A stretch of 64,000 nt of DNA from Oculina patagonica. Lineage: Eukaryota. The notes under the pieces were generated by a model. It made no database searches. It was not told where the DNA came from and saw only the letters and a list, made by a program, of their open reading frames with translations. This document shows positions 12,923 to 26,859 of the stretch, piece by piece. The stretch covers positions 9,238,001 to 9,302,000 of the forward strand of contig NC_135759.1 of NCBI RefSeq assembly GCF_052425735.1. The letters are read 5' to 3'. Made by a program: the position numbers and the translations under genes. How positions within the stretch are numbered: the stretch's first letter is position 1; every line of letters starts with the position of its first letter.

Positions 12923-13495
12923 CAGTCGACTCCCGATAACTCGAACCCTCGCTAACTCGAACCTCGCGCTAACCGAACCAAAATCGATTTCCCTGATTTC
13001 TTCAACATACTTAATTTTACCCCGGTAACTCGAACCCTCGATAACTCGAAACTCCCGCTAACTCGAACCAATTTTCGTTTCCCTCAGTCATTTTCTATAT
13101 AATTTTACCCCGATAACTCGAACCATGTCTGCCAATGTGACAGTCAAAAAAAAGTACACTGTAGTCAAAAACGAACAAGAGTTAGAGCCGTCCCCGAAAC
13201 GCCCCCAAAACAGAGTGCCACGCATATGTGCTACAGTTTTTTTGTGCAGTTATACCTCAACATTAACTTAAGGCGACAGGACGACCGCACGTTCGCTGCT
13301 TTTTTCTACGTTACGTTCCAAAAAATTTTCCCTTTGCTTCCCACTCTATAATTTTAATGTACACTGTACAGTAGGAAAATCGCACCCTTTTTTCCTTATT
13401 TCTTGTCATTTTTTTCAACTCTCAATAACCGAACTCCCGATAACTCGAACCATTTTTAATTTCCCTTGAAGGTTCGAGTTATCGGGAGTCGACTG
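12923..13495. mobile_element. Tc1/mariner (pogo/Tigger-like) MITE
   Basis: TIR CAGTCGACTCCCGATAACTCGAACC with TA TSD and internal TAACTCGAA repeats; absent at the equivalent site (~27979) in unit 2. Confidence 0.88.
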
Positions 13496-13977
13496 TATAT
13501 ATAAATACTATTCTTTAAGAACGGCACAGAGAAAGCACCGCTGACTTTAAATTATTTTTCTTTAAATTATTTTAATGTCCAAGTGCAACACGCACCTTGA
13601 TTGGCCTCCCCACCTCGGACGTTTTTTTTTTTTTTTTATTTTGTGCACACATTTGTTTGTGTCTTTGATTGAAAATACTCATCTCGCGGCGCATGCACTG
13701 CATGTAAAAAACAACAACAACACAAAACGAGGCATAAACAGCAGCAGCTAAATTAAACAGACAAACAAACAAACGACCAAACAAACAAACAATCAAACAC
13801 GAATTAAAAGGCAAAAGCATTTAAACCTGATATTTTATTTCTAAAAGAAAAATTTCTTTTTCTTTACATTGATTGAAAATGATGGAAAAAAGCAAACCAA
13901 TGATCTGTTTTCATGCAAATGGTCAGCAAAACAGTAAACCTCTCATACAGAACTAAAAAAAGTGCGATAAGTATATG

Positions 13978-14920
13978 TAATTAAGGTTTAATTTCACGCG
14001 CATTTTTAAAGTTTTCACAAAATTGCCCGAGTCGCGAAGCGACGCAGGCAACTTGGAAAACTTTAAAAATGCAAGTGAAATTAATCATTAATTGCACGAG
14101 GGTACATTGCGATTACTTGTTTATCACATAACGGGCAAAATTTTGTAGAAAGAAAAACTTATGAAGGCCTCGCTGTCGAGTAACCGGTTGGCAAGAATAT
14201 TCGCTCGTAGCAAAATGACCACATAAACAATTAACGTAAGTCCAGAAAGAGAAAAGCCTACACTAAAAGTAAACAAAACATAGCATGTGCAGTTCACATA
14301 TAAAAATGAAACAGTTAAATTTTATTCCCCTCTGTTTGCGAGGCTTGCTGCCGCGTGGAAGGTGAAACCCCTACCAACTAGTTGTCCGAACGAGCTTCAA
14401 TATACCTTCTTAAACCCGACATTCTCCTTCCCACAGCGAAACCTGTAAGTACCAACACAAATTTATGCCATTCCCGGGCGGATAATGTGGCCTCTGTTTC
14501 TAATAAGGTGGCGTGGAGCGAAGTAAAACGAAGAAATTATCGTTAAGCCTCGGCCGCCATGAATTTCTATTCTTCGTGTAACGCCAGCCGTCCAGACTAA
14601 AAGCGTTTTCGGATTGGATTGAAAAGTCCTCTTTCTATTCCACCAAGGTACCACTCATTCCTGCATGCCGATTTTCTTTCACGTTTGATGAAATAACCGC
14701 ATTTATATCAAACTCAGATCAAGCGCTGCGTTTCTGAAATTTTTTCAAAACTCGTTTTAGGCGGGAAACCAACTGAGTGCTGACGCCGCGCGCTCAGCCT
14801 ATCAGGATCATGTAATAAAGCCCTTTTTTGATTACCAAAAGCGCCCGCGTGAATTAAGAGAAAATGCCCTCTGTCTCAGCCAATCAGCATTCAGTAATTT
14901 AACCCCATATTTGATAATAA
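13978..14920. mobile_element. single-end-palindrome repeat (Crypton-like); second copy 29013-29952
   Basis: ~115 bp palindrome with loop GTCGCGAAGCGAC at the left end and a CCAATCAG motif near the right end. Confidence 0.55.
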
Positions 14921-15168
14921 AAAAAAAAGAGTACGGCAAATAAGTCCATTATTATATATCCATCCAGGATAGTTTTTAAAGTTGCTATCCAATTTATAAA
15001 ACATGTAAAACATGTCTGTTAAGCATCTCTGTACTCTATATACAACTGTTCAGTGCTTGGGCTTCTAACAAGGATGACCCCTGAGTTTATTGTTAACTTG
15101 ATAACCTTGCACAGATTTCTGCAATTTTACGATCTAAATAGGCTGCGTCTGTGTAAACAATCACATTA

Positions 15169-17497
15169 TTATTTACCACACTTGGTTTTCATACAGACGC
15201 GTAGCTTATAGAAACCAAACATTATGGTTTGACACAAGGGAATGCCAATAAAGAAAAGGCAAAGCTGTGACACAGCGGACAGAACTGGTTGTCCTGTGTA
15301 GTCAGTCTGTGGATAAATAAAACCACCACTGGCCGCCCAGTAAATCACTGTAAATACGATATAGGCAATGCAATAAAGCATTGGGTAGATAACATGAAAC
15401 AAGCGAACGGGAATTGAACTTAGCATGGTATCACCAATCATAACTATAGAGTTAACTCCGTGGGAGATAATCGCGACACCGATTATTTTGTTATTTCCAT
15501 TAAAGATCAACAACCAGAAAGCTAACGTCACCAACATGGCGGCTACTGAGGCGATGTTGTAAATTACCCATAATGCTTCGTGGAACCAGGCCATTGGGAT
15601 AGCCCGTGACTCCCCAAGGGGGTCAGATGCGATAATCACTTTACCATCCTCGCACGCATGCCTGGTGCCTAAGTTAAAGCCTGTCTCGCACATATTGGTC
15701 AAATTCCTGTTGGAATCTGCAGTATCGGCAGATTTTTCTTCTGAAACCAAGTTTCCCTCGTCATTCTTCTTCTGGTCTGTTACGTTCTTTCCTCGAGCTC
15801 TCTGCTTACGTTTTCTTTTGTAGTGGATGGCTGTTACTATGGTAGCACAAACGAAGTACAGAGCGACAAAAAGAAAACTCCAGTTAGTCAGCCAAATATA
15901 CCACTTGTCAAAAAGTACAGTTACAATCATGCAGCCACTGCAGAACGCCGCGATGATGAAGCGATACAACAGCACAACTGGTAAGCCAAACCACTGCAAG
16001 ATAAAGGGAATCGGTTAAACAATTAACAACAACTAAACGAGGTTGTAAAAAATATCGTGTGGTCGGCAAGCAGATCAACTATTTGCCGTGGATAGAAGCT
16101 GAAGCAAACAATTGAACTAACAAATCACCATATTTTTTTGTTTTATCATTCGACCATTGAATTTGTTTTGTATAATTACCTACGAGAACTGGAAACCCCC
16201 GAACGCTTCATTGCTGAAATAACACATAAGAAAAGCATAACTTCGCCTTCGATGATACGAGATGGTCTTTAAAACACACGGCTAACCCACAATTCTGGAT
16301 TTTCACAGAATCGGACACAACTTCGCATGAGCGGGATATTATTTGCAGCAAAATCAGTGTCGGACGGTAATGTGTATAAGCAGACCGATGTTTGTAGGCA
16401 TAATTTGCAAGTCCCCAGGTAGGCTTTATACCAAAATTTGAGAGGTAAAATGCATCGAATGATAAATTTATTGTCGTTTGATAGCGTTATTCATTCTTTT
16501 AGTGACCATATCGGTAAAGAAAATCGGCAAAGAACGTGGAAACTGTATTCATTTCGTAAAGCAATACAACACTTCATACAATTAATAAGATACTGCACGC
16601 GTTTTGATTGGTTGATGCATATACCTGTCGAAAATACTATCGAAAGCTGTAAGAAGCTGCGTTGGAGACGAACAAAAACCCGGGCTTATTTGATCAGTAA
16701 CGCAACATTAGTTCGACGTCTATGCGCATTGTTTCCTTTTTTTTTTTAATAATGCAAAGTGGCGTGATTTTAGTGGAAATATACGACTTTCTTAGTAAAG
16801 TAGCCTTTGTGAAGCAGCAAAAACAATAAAACAACGACGATCCAACAACAAAAATTAACCCTCTTTCCCGTAATTACAAAGAAATAAATCTGTATTAGCA
16901 GTTGCGTAACGATGATCCAGTAATTACCATATTGCATTTCCGTATTGTTTACATCAACGTAAAAACGGCTTCGGTTTGCTTTCGATTTAACGTTTGGGTG
17001 CATTTATCATCGAACTGAACATTTGTTTCACTGCAAATGACATTTCAGTTTGTTATGTCGACTCTCGGATAACGGTAAAAAACGAAACACAAAACGCAAC
17101 CTGGTCTATCTTTAACCTGCAATATTGGGCGAACTGCAAGCATGATGTTTATTTTATATAAAGTGTTACTGCATTCAACTGTCGATAGATAAATATCGAT
17201 ATCCCTCCAACACGAACATATAGTCATAGATTTTACATGACAAGTAAATTATTCATGCCCTAGGAATCATCCAAATTCAAAATCGTACAACAAACGTTTC
17301 GCTTATCCGAACTACAATGTCCGTCTATGCGAAATAATCTCGCAAATATGTTTGCATCCTATGTAGAGCTGCTAATCATAATATGTAGTGTGTTAAGGAG
17401 TCAAACTTACTGGAGATTGTGCAAAATCCTCTGCGTTAGGATACAGCAAACGAAACTGAATCAGACGAAACTCCTCGCGAAGAATATTACAGCACAT
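15169..17497 (-). CDS. protein rolling stone-like, paralog B (303 aa)
   Basis: Exon 1 17411-17497 (MCCNILREEFRLIQFRLLYPNAEDFAQSP) plus exon 2 15169-15993. Phase-0 GT-AG intron; frame open to TAA. Confidence 0.88.
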
Positions 17498-18166
17498 TCC
17501 TCGGCGGATTCACTCTGTTATAATTCAGCTCGGTTCTTTGTCTGACTTCTATTTGTTTATGCAACAAAATGAATATCTTATTCAGAGAAGCATGTCAGTC
17601 ACGGTCACGATGTCACGCAACAGTAACAATGTTCGTGTCTAAAGGAGGGGGGAATTGGGGGTTGCTGAACACCACATTACCGCAACAAAACTCGGCAAAT
17701 ATTGCAATATTACAAAAAAAATGGGTAAGCTTGTATGGCTCAGAAATAAACTGCCTTCGCGTGTCGCTTCGATTACCGAAAAAATGATGTTTGGTCCACT
17801 AGTTATTCGAATTGTGTCGTATATGTGTCGTTGAATAATTGTTAAATATATCTACCTTAATATATATAAAATATCGCAAAATCTACAAATGACGTTAGCA
17901 AAAACAAACATTACTAACAATAAATACAAACTTTGGCTATTATGATAACAACTATGTTAGTTATTTTAATTATGAAATACAATGAACAACTGCCCATTGA
18001 TTTTCGATCAAACTTTTTTAGTGAGTTGTTTAATAACGAGGACTTGAATTTTAAAATAAAAAGGGGGATCACCGTATTGGTTAAGGAACAGAAGGACCTT
18101 GTATACGCCATATAGTTTATAAATGTATTAGCTTCTATTTTCGCATTGTTAAAGTTTGTCTTTATG

Positions 18167-18577
18167 CCCGGGGAGGGGGGGCACTCCCCTATATAGCCTA
18201 TACGGGGATAGGGTATGGTTTTTGACTCCTCTGTCCCTGAAAAGGGTATATAATTTCAAGCTCCTCTGTCCTAAACAGGGCCTGAAGCTGTTCTTGACAG
18301 GGTATGGATGCAAGACTGTCAACCATGTATTTACATTGCTTTCGCTTTCACTTCAATAAAAAGCATTATTTTATTTGGTGGGATCGGTGTTTTCACATTT
18401 CAATGCGTCAAACATCGCGTACGGAACGCAATCACAATAAAGCGTAAATGATTGTTGATGTTGTCCTTTGTCCTAAATAGGGTCTTAAAATAGGGGGTAT
18501 TGTCCTAAGCAGGGTCAGGGTTTCAAACCCCCAGCGGTACCAATATACCTAAACTTAGGTCAAGTACCCACCCCGGG
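18167..18577. mobile_element. MITE with CCCGGG termini and 8-bp TSD (second copy 36828-37241)
   Basis: TCTTTATG on both sides; G-rich and C-rich ends; present in both duplicated units. Confidence 0.82.
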
Positions 18578-19303
18578 TCTTTATGTAGTTTGTTTTGACG
18601 ATCGAAGAGTGCGAGGACTGTTGTAAGGGTTAAAGTTTGTATTGAATACAAATATTTACATAACGCGTGAAACTTCGACAGCGAAACATGGGGGACCTCC
18701 TCTGGAATGTGGCCCGCGCAGAAAATATTTCTTCGACTCACCTGTCGGTCCTCAAACCTATGCCCTCTCTAGAAAGGATACCAAGTTCCATTACAAAACT
18801 TTATCTTGGGTCCCGGCGAACGAATACTTCGGAAATCACTGTTCGAGGACTTATGTTTGATAGTGCACACATTAAATCTAATTGAAAGCGAGTATAAATT
18901 TAATTCTCTCTACACGATGTGATTTATGACGTCGTGATATACAAAGTATTTCCATTAGGTACTCCAATATGAGTACCCAAACTCTTAGTGGCTTTTCATA
19001 CACCCTGTTCGGAAACTTTGATATGTCGTCACTAGTGAAAACCAGACTTTATGGAGAGAGGATAACGTCAAATATAACGATTTTTTGATCAGACCTGCTT
19101 TTATTTATGACGTAACTATGGCCACGTCAAAAATCATGGACAATTAGATGACGCAAGCAACAAAAAACAGCTATTATTTTTCCTCGAAAACAGCTTCGAC
19201 GCAAGCATACTGCACAAGCGCGATCACAAGCACAAGGATCATTTTTCTTCTTTTTTATACCTGCGCTTGTGCTTTAGTTCGTGTGAAAACGAACTCCGCT
19301 TAA

Positions 19304-19888
19304 CCCTATTCATACCGGGCTTCTTTGGACCTTCTCAGACCGGGGGGGGGGGCTTTGGAAGCCCCCCCCCTATGTAACTTCCAGAATATTGAAGCAATCA
19401 CCATGAAACTTATAGGATGTATTGTACGTCCGAAACTCTTTCTTTTGGTATATGTCACGTGGGATTGTGACGTCACATCACGTGACAATTACATCATGAT
19501 GTCAAAACAGCCGCCATCTTGGATCCGCCATCTTGGATTTCAAAATTTTTCCAAAATGCCAGAAAACCACCCAAAATCACTGCAAAGTACTCAAAATGAA
19601 TAAAAAGGTGCTTTAAACCCGTAAAAATGTAAAAAATAGGTTCATTTAAGTTGATTTTTATTAACAGAAACACGCAAAATTACAAATTTGGGAAAACATG
19701 CCTGTCAAAATGCCGTTGCCATGGTGATGTCAAGTTCCTGACGCATCATCCAACCTTACCAAATTGTTGCCAGATAAATTTTAGGAAAACTCAGAAAGTT
19801 TGGCAGCGTTTGGTTAAATCTTAAATAAGTTATAAAAGATCAAAGTCAGCGCGGGCCTCAAATGCCCCCCCCCCCGGTCTGAATAGGG
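19304..19888. mobile_element. piggyBac-like MITE (family 1, inverted copy)
   Basis: TTAA on both sides (19300-19303, 19889-19892). The duplicated unit has a single TTAA empty site at 37967-37970 (ctccgcTTAAgcacaag). Confidence 0.92.
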
Positions 19889-20105
19889 TTAAGCACAAGA
19901 AAAGTGTTTACGTTTGGCCGTGTCTAGCCAATAAAAGCACATGTTCCACATTCTCCCGCGTTTGAGAACTTGAACAAATTGGCGGAGGCCGCGGTTGATT
20001 TTGATAAAAGTTTTCCGAGGTTGTTCGGAAGACAAAGACAAAAGCAAATGGGCACAAACACGGGCACGAGTAGCGAAAGAAGATGTTTCGTTTTCCTCGT
20101 TTTTT

Positions 20106-22700
20106 AAGTCGTGAATGCAAAGAACGACTTATAGCGGTTTGCTGGAGAAATTCAATTAAATTTGTGTAAACTCCCTGGGTAACCTGGCAATTTTATATTA
20201 AGTTTAAATTAAGTTCAAAATGGCGGACGAACGTGTACAAGGGCTGGTTTCCCGAGTTGTAATGCAAACTTGTGGATGTACATCAGGAGAATACGAATAT
20301 TTTTTCCTTTCTGGAAGGAATTTTTCTAGTGAGGCCAGTGCTCGAATCCACATTTACACACAATGCAATGGAAAGGATGGCCAATGCAAGGAAGCAAGAA
20401 ACTTGCACGCCGAACAATAGCTTATTTTGAAAGTCCGCGGATATGAAATTATCTTCCATTGAAATGCAATCAAATAGTGGGTAAGTAATAAATCACCCTA
20501 AATAAGGCAGTATTTTCCGCTACAAATTAGTCTCACTCAGCAAGATTAAACTGATGCGTTTGGAAACAATTAGAGATATCTATAGTTGGCTTGCTTTGTC
20601 TTTCGGTCGATCATTCATTTGCACGTTCGTCAAGTTTTTGTATCTCGTAATATTTTATATTCGTTGTCACACTCTCGTTAACGAAGTTCCCAAGTACATC
20701 TATCTCATGACTTAAACTTAAATCAAAATTTCCTCTGGCATTCGTAGCTCATTAGGTAGCAAGCCTTATCATGTTATGTGAATGATAAATTTGCTCTGCT
20801 TTTGAAGGCAAAACTACATTTGTAAACACAGTATTATGCATCAAACCCTTACAATTATTTTTTCTTCATACACATGGTCTGTCAAAAAAGGGACATATTA
20901 GTTCAACTGTGGTAATTGTAGTTCTCCAGGGGTGTATCATTGCACTCAGGTAATTTTTTGCTTTGTCAACATCCACTGAGTGCTATGGGGTAGACATTCA
21001 AAGAAATACTGAGAGAGTACTATTGTTAGCAGCTATTAATTTTAACGATTTTTCCTGAGCAAGATTTAGCGACTATATAGGGATTTTCCAAAAACTTCAA
21101 AAAATAGTAAATATATCGTGTAAACCAGCTTTTACTGGCTGGTGATGAATATATGGCTAAGATGAAAATAAATGTTCAGTAAAAGAAAAAGACTACCATA
21201 TCTTGACATTGAATGAATATAAATTGCATTGCCTAAAAGAACAAAGTTACCAGTATCCATTTTTGTGTTCCATTAGGGTGGGAAGGGGGTACCGGGGTAC
21301 TTGAAATTTGACCAAGACAAATTTTAGCAAGTACTAAATTAAGCGATTTTCGCCCAACTCACTAAAAGCGCTAAAATGTAATAGCCACTAATATAACAAT
21401 AGTAACCTTAAGGTCGATTTCTGTACATGTCCTATGCCTCCCCCCCCCCCCCCCCTTATCTCAGCCAAAAAGGAACCTGGTTGCATGCCATACTGATAAA
21501 TAACAAATTGCTTACACTTAGATGGTTTGTTGTACGTGTTGTCCTACAGATTTATTTTAACAAGGCACATAGAATTTTGAATTAATTTATAGATTCGCCA
21601 AAACAATATCCTGCAATACAACACATCACTGAACTCTGCATGGGGCTAGGCTGTCAAGAGGTGTGGGCTGGAATGAACATCCTCCTGCCGTAACGTTGTA
21701 TGAAACACATGATCAGAAAAAGAATTTTATTTCAAATTTACTCTCATATATTTTTTACAAACAGCGAATACTGCTCTCTATAAATTGACTTTTAGCAGAC
21801 TGTACAGCTTGAAAAATAAAATATTTGGAGTTATTGTTATTGACTGCTGAAAACAAAGAGTAAAAGATAAACAAGCTTTAAGGTTCAGATCCTTTAATCC
21901 AACATGGCCACCAAATCTTTGCAGGATTGCTGGCAATGTATAGAGATTATTTAAAAATGAATTAATAAGGCTGATTAAAATGCATTGATGATTTTCGTGG
22001 CATGTAAAGGGGTAAAGTAAACTTTTTGGTTGCAAGTAAAGATACCAGAAAAGGAAATAAGCAGCAGTTTTCATTTGTTACATGTATCACGCCTCTAAAT
22101 TGATAATAAATTATGTTGGCTTTACTGTTTCCTGCCAATTTCAATTCTTAGAAGTCACATGTATGAGGCATCTGTTAATTTCTTTTAATTATTTGCCTTC
22201 TGTCAGTGTCTGCCATTCTTTAACAGAGAAAAATGTATGTCGAATAATACCACTGTCCTGTATAAAATGGCTGAGCTACCTGGTTATTAATTAAAGAACC
22301 CTTTAGCAAATGTGAAACAGTTTGGTGGAAAAAAATCCCTAGCTTCTTTCCATTACCAGCTTCGCAGCATCTTAAGGTACCTCATATCTTGTTACCACTA
22401 TACGTGTCTCTCTCAGCATTAATTATTTTAAGCTCTGAAATAATCTTCACTTCTTAGCTGCTTAGCTAGAAGGCCTCGATGGACTACTGGATGGTTAGTT
22501 TTCAGTTAGAATATGGGATTATTTATCACTTACCAGCTAGAATTTTAAACATGACTCAACTGTGACATATGTTAACAGATTTCATAGACAATTACAAAAA
22601 ATGTTGTTTGTCAGCAGACATTTAAAATTTATTTTGGCTAATTCTGGGCTATCAGTTTATAATATACCACATTCACGACTTTGCTCATAGAGCCTTTGAT
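20106..22700 (+). mobile_element. 2.6 kb non-autonomous Helentron/HINE-like element, unit 1 only
   Basis: 5' AAGTCGTGAATG with a nearby short IR (ACGACTT); 3' CATTCACGACTT + hairpin GCTC-ata-GAGC + CTTTGAT. Inserted in a T run with no TSD; empty site at ~38195. Confidence 0.72.
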
Positions 22701-23071
22701 TAGTCATAGTTAGTAGAGGCCTAGGAGACTAACTCTAACTAACTCTGAGACTCTGAGACTAACTCTGCTAACTATGTTTTAGTCGTTTTCGCTTATTCAT
22801 CACAAAAGTAGAACAGAGAACAGCACTCGATTCCTGAAAGTTTCTGCCGCCATATTTATCGAGAGAACGGAGTCGGGAACGGGGTCTTCTAACTTGTAAA
22901 CATCGAGTACTTATGCTTTTGCTTATGCTTATGTCGACGTTCGTTTTCACTTCATGGCACAAACTACTTATGTTTGTGCTTGTGCTTGCGGATTGCGCTT
23001 GGACGTTAGCGGGTGTTCCTTGAACCGCAGTGCACGTAGGGATATCAATAAATTTACATGTACGTCCGAGG

Positions 23072-23511
23072 CCCGGGGGGGGGGAGCACTCCCATATATG
23101 AGCCATATAGGTATATGCCGCTGTGAAGGGTATGGTTTTCAAGCAGTTTAGTCTGGGATAGGGTATAGAAATCAAAGAGTTTTGGTCTAGAAAAGGGTAT
23201 CATTTGCCGAAAAACTGATAAGAGGTATGAAGAATTAAGTCCAGAATAGGAATAGAAACCCAAAAGAGAAAGAGGCTTCCCTACACGTGAATAAAATCAT
23301 TGTGACAATGTTGTTGACAGATGGTTTTCCTTTAAAAACACTGATCGTGATACAGTTCTAAAAAGAAGCAAGTCTGGGATAGGGTAAAGATTTTCGATAT
23401 CTAGTCAAGTATAGGGTTGCAAAACCAGTTGAAGATGGTCTGGTAAAGGGTAAGGGTTTCAGAAGCCCAGCGGCACACCCCCACCCAAAAATACACAGGG
23501 TGCCCCCCGGG
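23072..23511. mobile_element. MITE with CCCGGG termini and 8-bp TSD (second copy 38540-38987)
   Basis: GTCCGAGG on both sides (23064-23071, 23512-23519). Confidence 0.82.
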
Positions 23512-23831
23512 GTCCGAGGGTAAACAATAATGCGCGTGTCAAACCATTACAGCAACAACAACAACAACAACAACGTGATGTTGATGCTCTCGTTAAAGCA
23601 TTGTTTTGTTGAACAAAACAATGCTTAAACAAGAACAACAACATCAAACAAGCAAATAAAGAAATAATATTTAAACCAAATTCGACATCCCTTATTTTAC
23701 TCCTTTTTATTACACAGCTTGGAAAAGATAAAAACAGATATACTGTACCTGTACCGTAAACATGTCAACTAATTATAATTATTTATACCGCAAAACGTCC
23801 ACCCCACACGAAATCGGTATATTATAGTATT

Positions 23832-24330
23832 ACTTATTACACGACTAAGGCGGTCCGAGGGCCAATACTTAAATCAGCCAATCAGATTACTTTATTTCCG
23901 GTCCCGCGAGGGCCGATATTTTCCAAGTATCGGACCGGGTTTTGTCCCGGATGATCCCGCGCTAATTCCCGGGCGATTTAGCGCAAGATTTTTGCAAGAT
24001 TTGTTTTTTGCAAAAATTTTTTCCGAGTTTTTATTGCTTTGAAAATGATATGACCCGGCTTACACAGAAATAATTATAGCTTCTTTAGCGCGCGTAAAAG
24101 TTTTGCCGCACATTGTTTTCCACGACATCTTCTAGGTAGCAATTCTCACTACACAAAGTTTCCAGTCGTGTAATAAATCTCTTATTAACCAAGCTTGCTC
24201 GGGACCGTACTGGGCGAATATTGGCCCTCGGTCTTTTTTGTACGGACCTCGCTGCGCTCGATCCGTACTGTCAAGACCTCGGGCCAATATTCGCCCAGTA
24301 CGGCCCTCGCGCGTGGTTAATAAGATATAT
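23832..24330. mobile_element. single-end-palindrome repeat (Crypton-like); second copy 39308-39807
   Basis: IR TTATTACACGACT / AGTCGTGTAATAA followed by a ~150 bp palindrome with loop CGCTGCGC. Confidence 0.6.
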
Positions 24331-24549
24331 TTATCTACATTGGTGAAAAACCTTGCAAAGTAATGATGATTTCTATAAAAAAAAATACAATTCTAATAAG
24401 GTATAGCATCTACATGACTACTGCTGGCACCGTGCTATAGCTGGGCTCATACCAAAGATGACTTCCGAGTTAAAGTTATAATACATAACATGGTTATACT
24501 TTTTTGAAATTTTACAAAATAAATGTAATGTTTTGTGTTAACAACCTTT

Positions 24550-26859
24550 CTATTTTCCACACTTTGTTTTTATCCAAATTCGTAGGCGATAGATAGCAAA
24601 CATCAGGCTTTGAAACAAGGGAAGACCGATAAAGAAAAGGCAAAGTTGTGATACCGCGGTGAGAACTGGTCTCCCTGAGTAATCAGTCATCGGATAAATG
24701 TAAGGCATCCCAAATGAATTTGTTCCACCGACCGCCCAGTAAATAAGAGTAAACACGATATAGGATATGCAGTAAAGCATTGGATAGATGACATGAAACA
24801 AGCGGACGGGAACTGAACTTAGCATGGTATCGGCAATAATAACTATGGAGTTAACTCCGTGGAAAATAATTGTGTCAGCAGATATTTTGCTATTACTGAA
24901 AAGCAACACCCAAAAAGCTAAGGTCACTAAATTTGCGGCCACGGAGGCAATGTTATAAATTACCCACAATGCTTCATGGAACCAAGCCATTGTGATAGCC
25001 CGTGATGCTTCTGAGTCGTCTGGTATGAAGACCACTTCACCATCCTCACGCACATGCCTGGTGCCTAAGTTATAACTGGTTGAGTTCCAAATAATGCTGT
25101 TTCTGCTGACTCAGCCAAGGATTAGCTCTCTCGATGTCCTGTATGTGTCCCGAACTTGTCTCCGAAAGGCAATGTGAAGACGATGACCGACTATCCACAA
25201 AATAAGCAGCTTATAAATTTTTCAACGGCAATGTTCCCTTTCAGTAACAGAGAACTTGTGAACTGATGTCACGGACGCTCTTTTTAGAGGGTCTCGATGA
25301 TGTTCGGCTAACGGTAGGTTTATTTCCGTTACAGTTAATAGATTAAGTGTGAAAAATTAATTACCCGTAGTTTTAAAAAAAGTTTAAAAATCAGCTTCCA
25401 CTGGTATGAAACGTATTTAAGGTCTTCGGAAAATCGAATTGAAAATATAGAGATACAGAGCAACAGTCAAAGCTGTAAAAACTCTTGTCAACTCTTGCCA
25501 TGACACATTCGGCAGATACTTCCAACATTTCCTGTTTGCTCGATTAAGAGTATCGGCTTTTCCAGGGACTAAAATAAAATTTCTTACAGTTCACATTTTT
25601 TTTTTACAGCTAACGGTTAAAAATTTTCAATTTTTACGACTAACGGCTAAATGTTTGGCTGTTTTACGGCTAAGGGCTAACCCCATTGAGGCCCTCTTTT
25701 TGGAACGAAAAAGGCAATTCCCTAGTACACCATTAGCAAAGAGCTATCTTAACTGACGTCATTTCTTTATATCTTATATTTAAAATTTTACCTGATAGGG
25801 CGCAAAAATAAGAGAACTCGTGATATACTTTATAGACCTGTAGAAAGGATTTCATTCATTATGGGCCACTTTCATGTTATCTCGACACGTATTATACAAA
25901 TTCAGTGAGTGCTTCACAAACCAAATTTAATTTAATGCCAATTTCAAGCAATTTATAACCAGAGAGGCACAGGACCACTCATCCCTCTACCCCCATCCAC
26001 TGCAGCCCGTCAAGCATAGCGACTTCGTTAGCATTTAGCATTAAACATATTTGACGTCAAACGTTACGCATGGTGAGTATGTTAACACACTTCGATATTC
26101 TTCGATATTCTTCTCTTACACGTCGATATTCCTATCGACGTCGATCGGTTTTAACCCTACACCACAAGCTATCTTTCAATAATTTTATCAATAACGAAAC
26201 TAAGGCCTTCGTCTTGTAATTCAGACAAATTCTTCAAATAGTTTCCTCATTAATACTCTGTGCAATGCAAATTTACGAACATAATTGCCCTTCAATAGCC
26301 ATTACTATAATGTTTACAACAGAAACATTTTGAAACTGCTCACAGATCGGGTTTCGGAAATATCAACCAAGACTTGTTCTGTTTCTGTTGCTGCTGTTGC
26401 AAGTTTTTCTTGGGCTCTCACTAAAAGTTGACACTCGGGTTAAAAATAGTCCGAAAGGCATTTGCTAATAAAACGAATAACATAATAAGCCTGGGGACAA
26501 GGTTATTAACAATATTGCATTAGAAACATTGTTTACTTATATAAAGTTTCCACTATCAACCTGTTTATATATCTCAAAACGGACATCTCGCCGTATTCTG
26601 TCCATGCAAGAACATGGCTTACATGCTTTGGACGTCTAAAACAAAACCTGACTTAACAGCTACAGACGTTTCACTATCTGACGTAACTTCCATTCCAGCG
26701 AAGCATGATCACTAAAGTAAATATTTTCCGTATTTCGTCGAATTCACAGGTATATAACAAAATAAAACTTACCGGAGATTGAACGAAATCCGCTGCGTCA
26801 GGATAAATCAGACCTAACTGAACTAGACGAAACTCTCTGCGTAGTACACTCAAGCACAT
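24550..26859 (-). pseudogene. chimeric rolling stone-like pseudogene: A-type exon 1 and intron fused to the 3' part of a C-type exon 2
   Basis: 26773-26859 is an intact copy of A exon 1 (MCLSVLRREF...QSP). 24550-25088 matches C exon 2 (40025-40563) but is cut at the duplication junction 25088/25089. It lacks the splice acceptor, the first two helices and the L[ST]NW motif. Confidence 0.85.
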
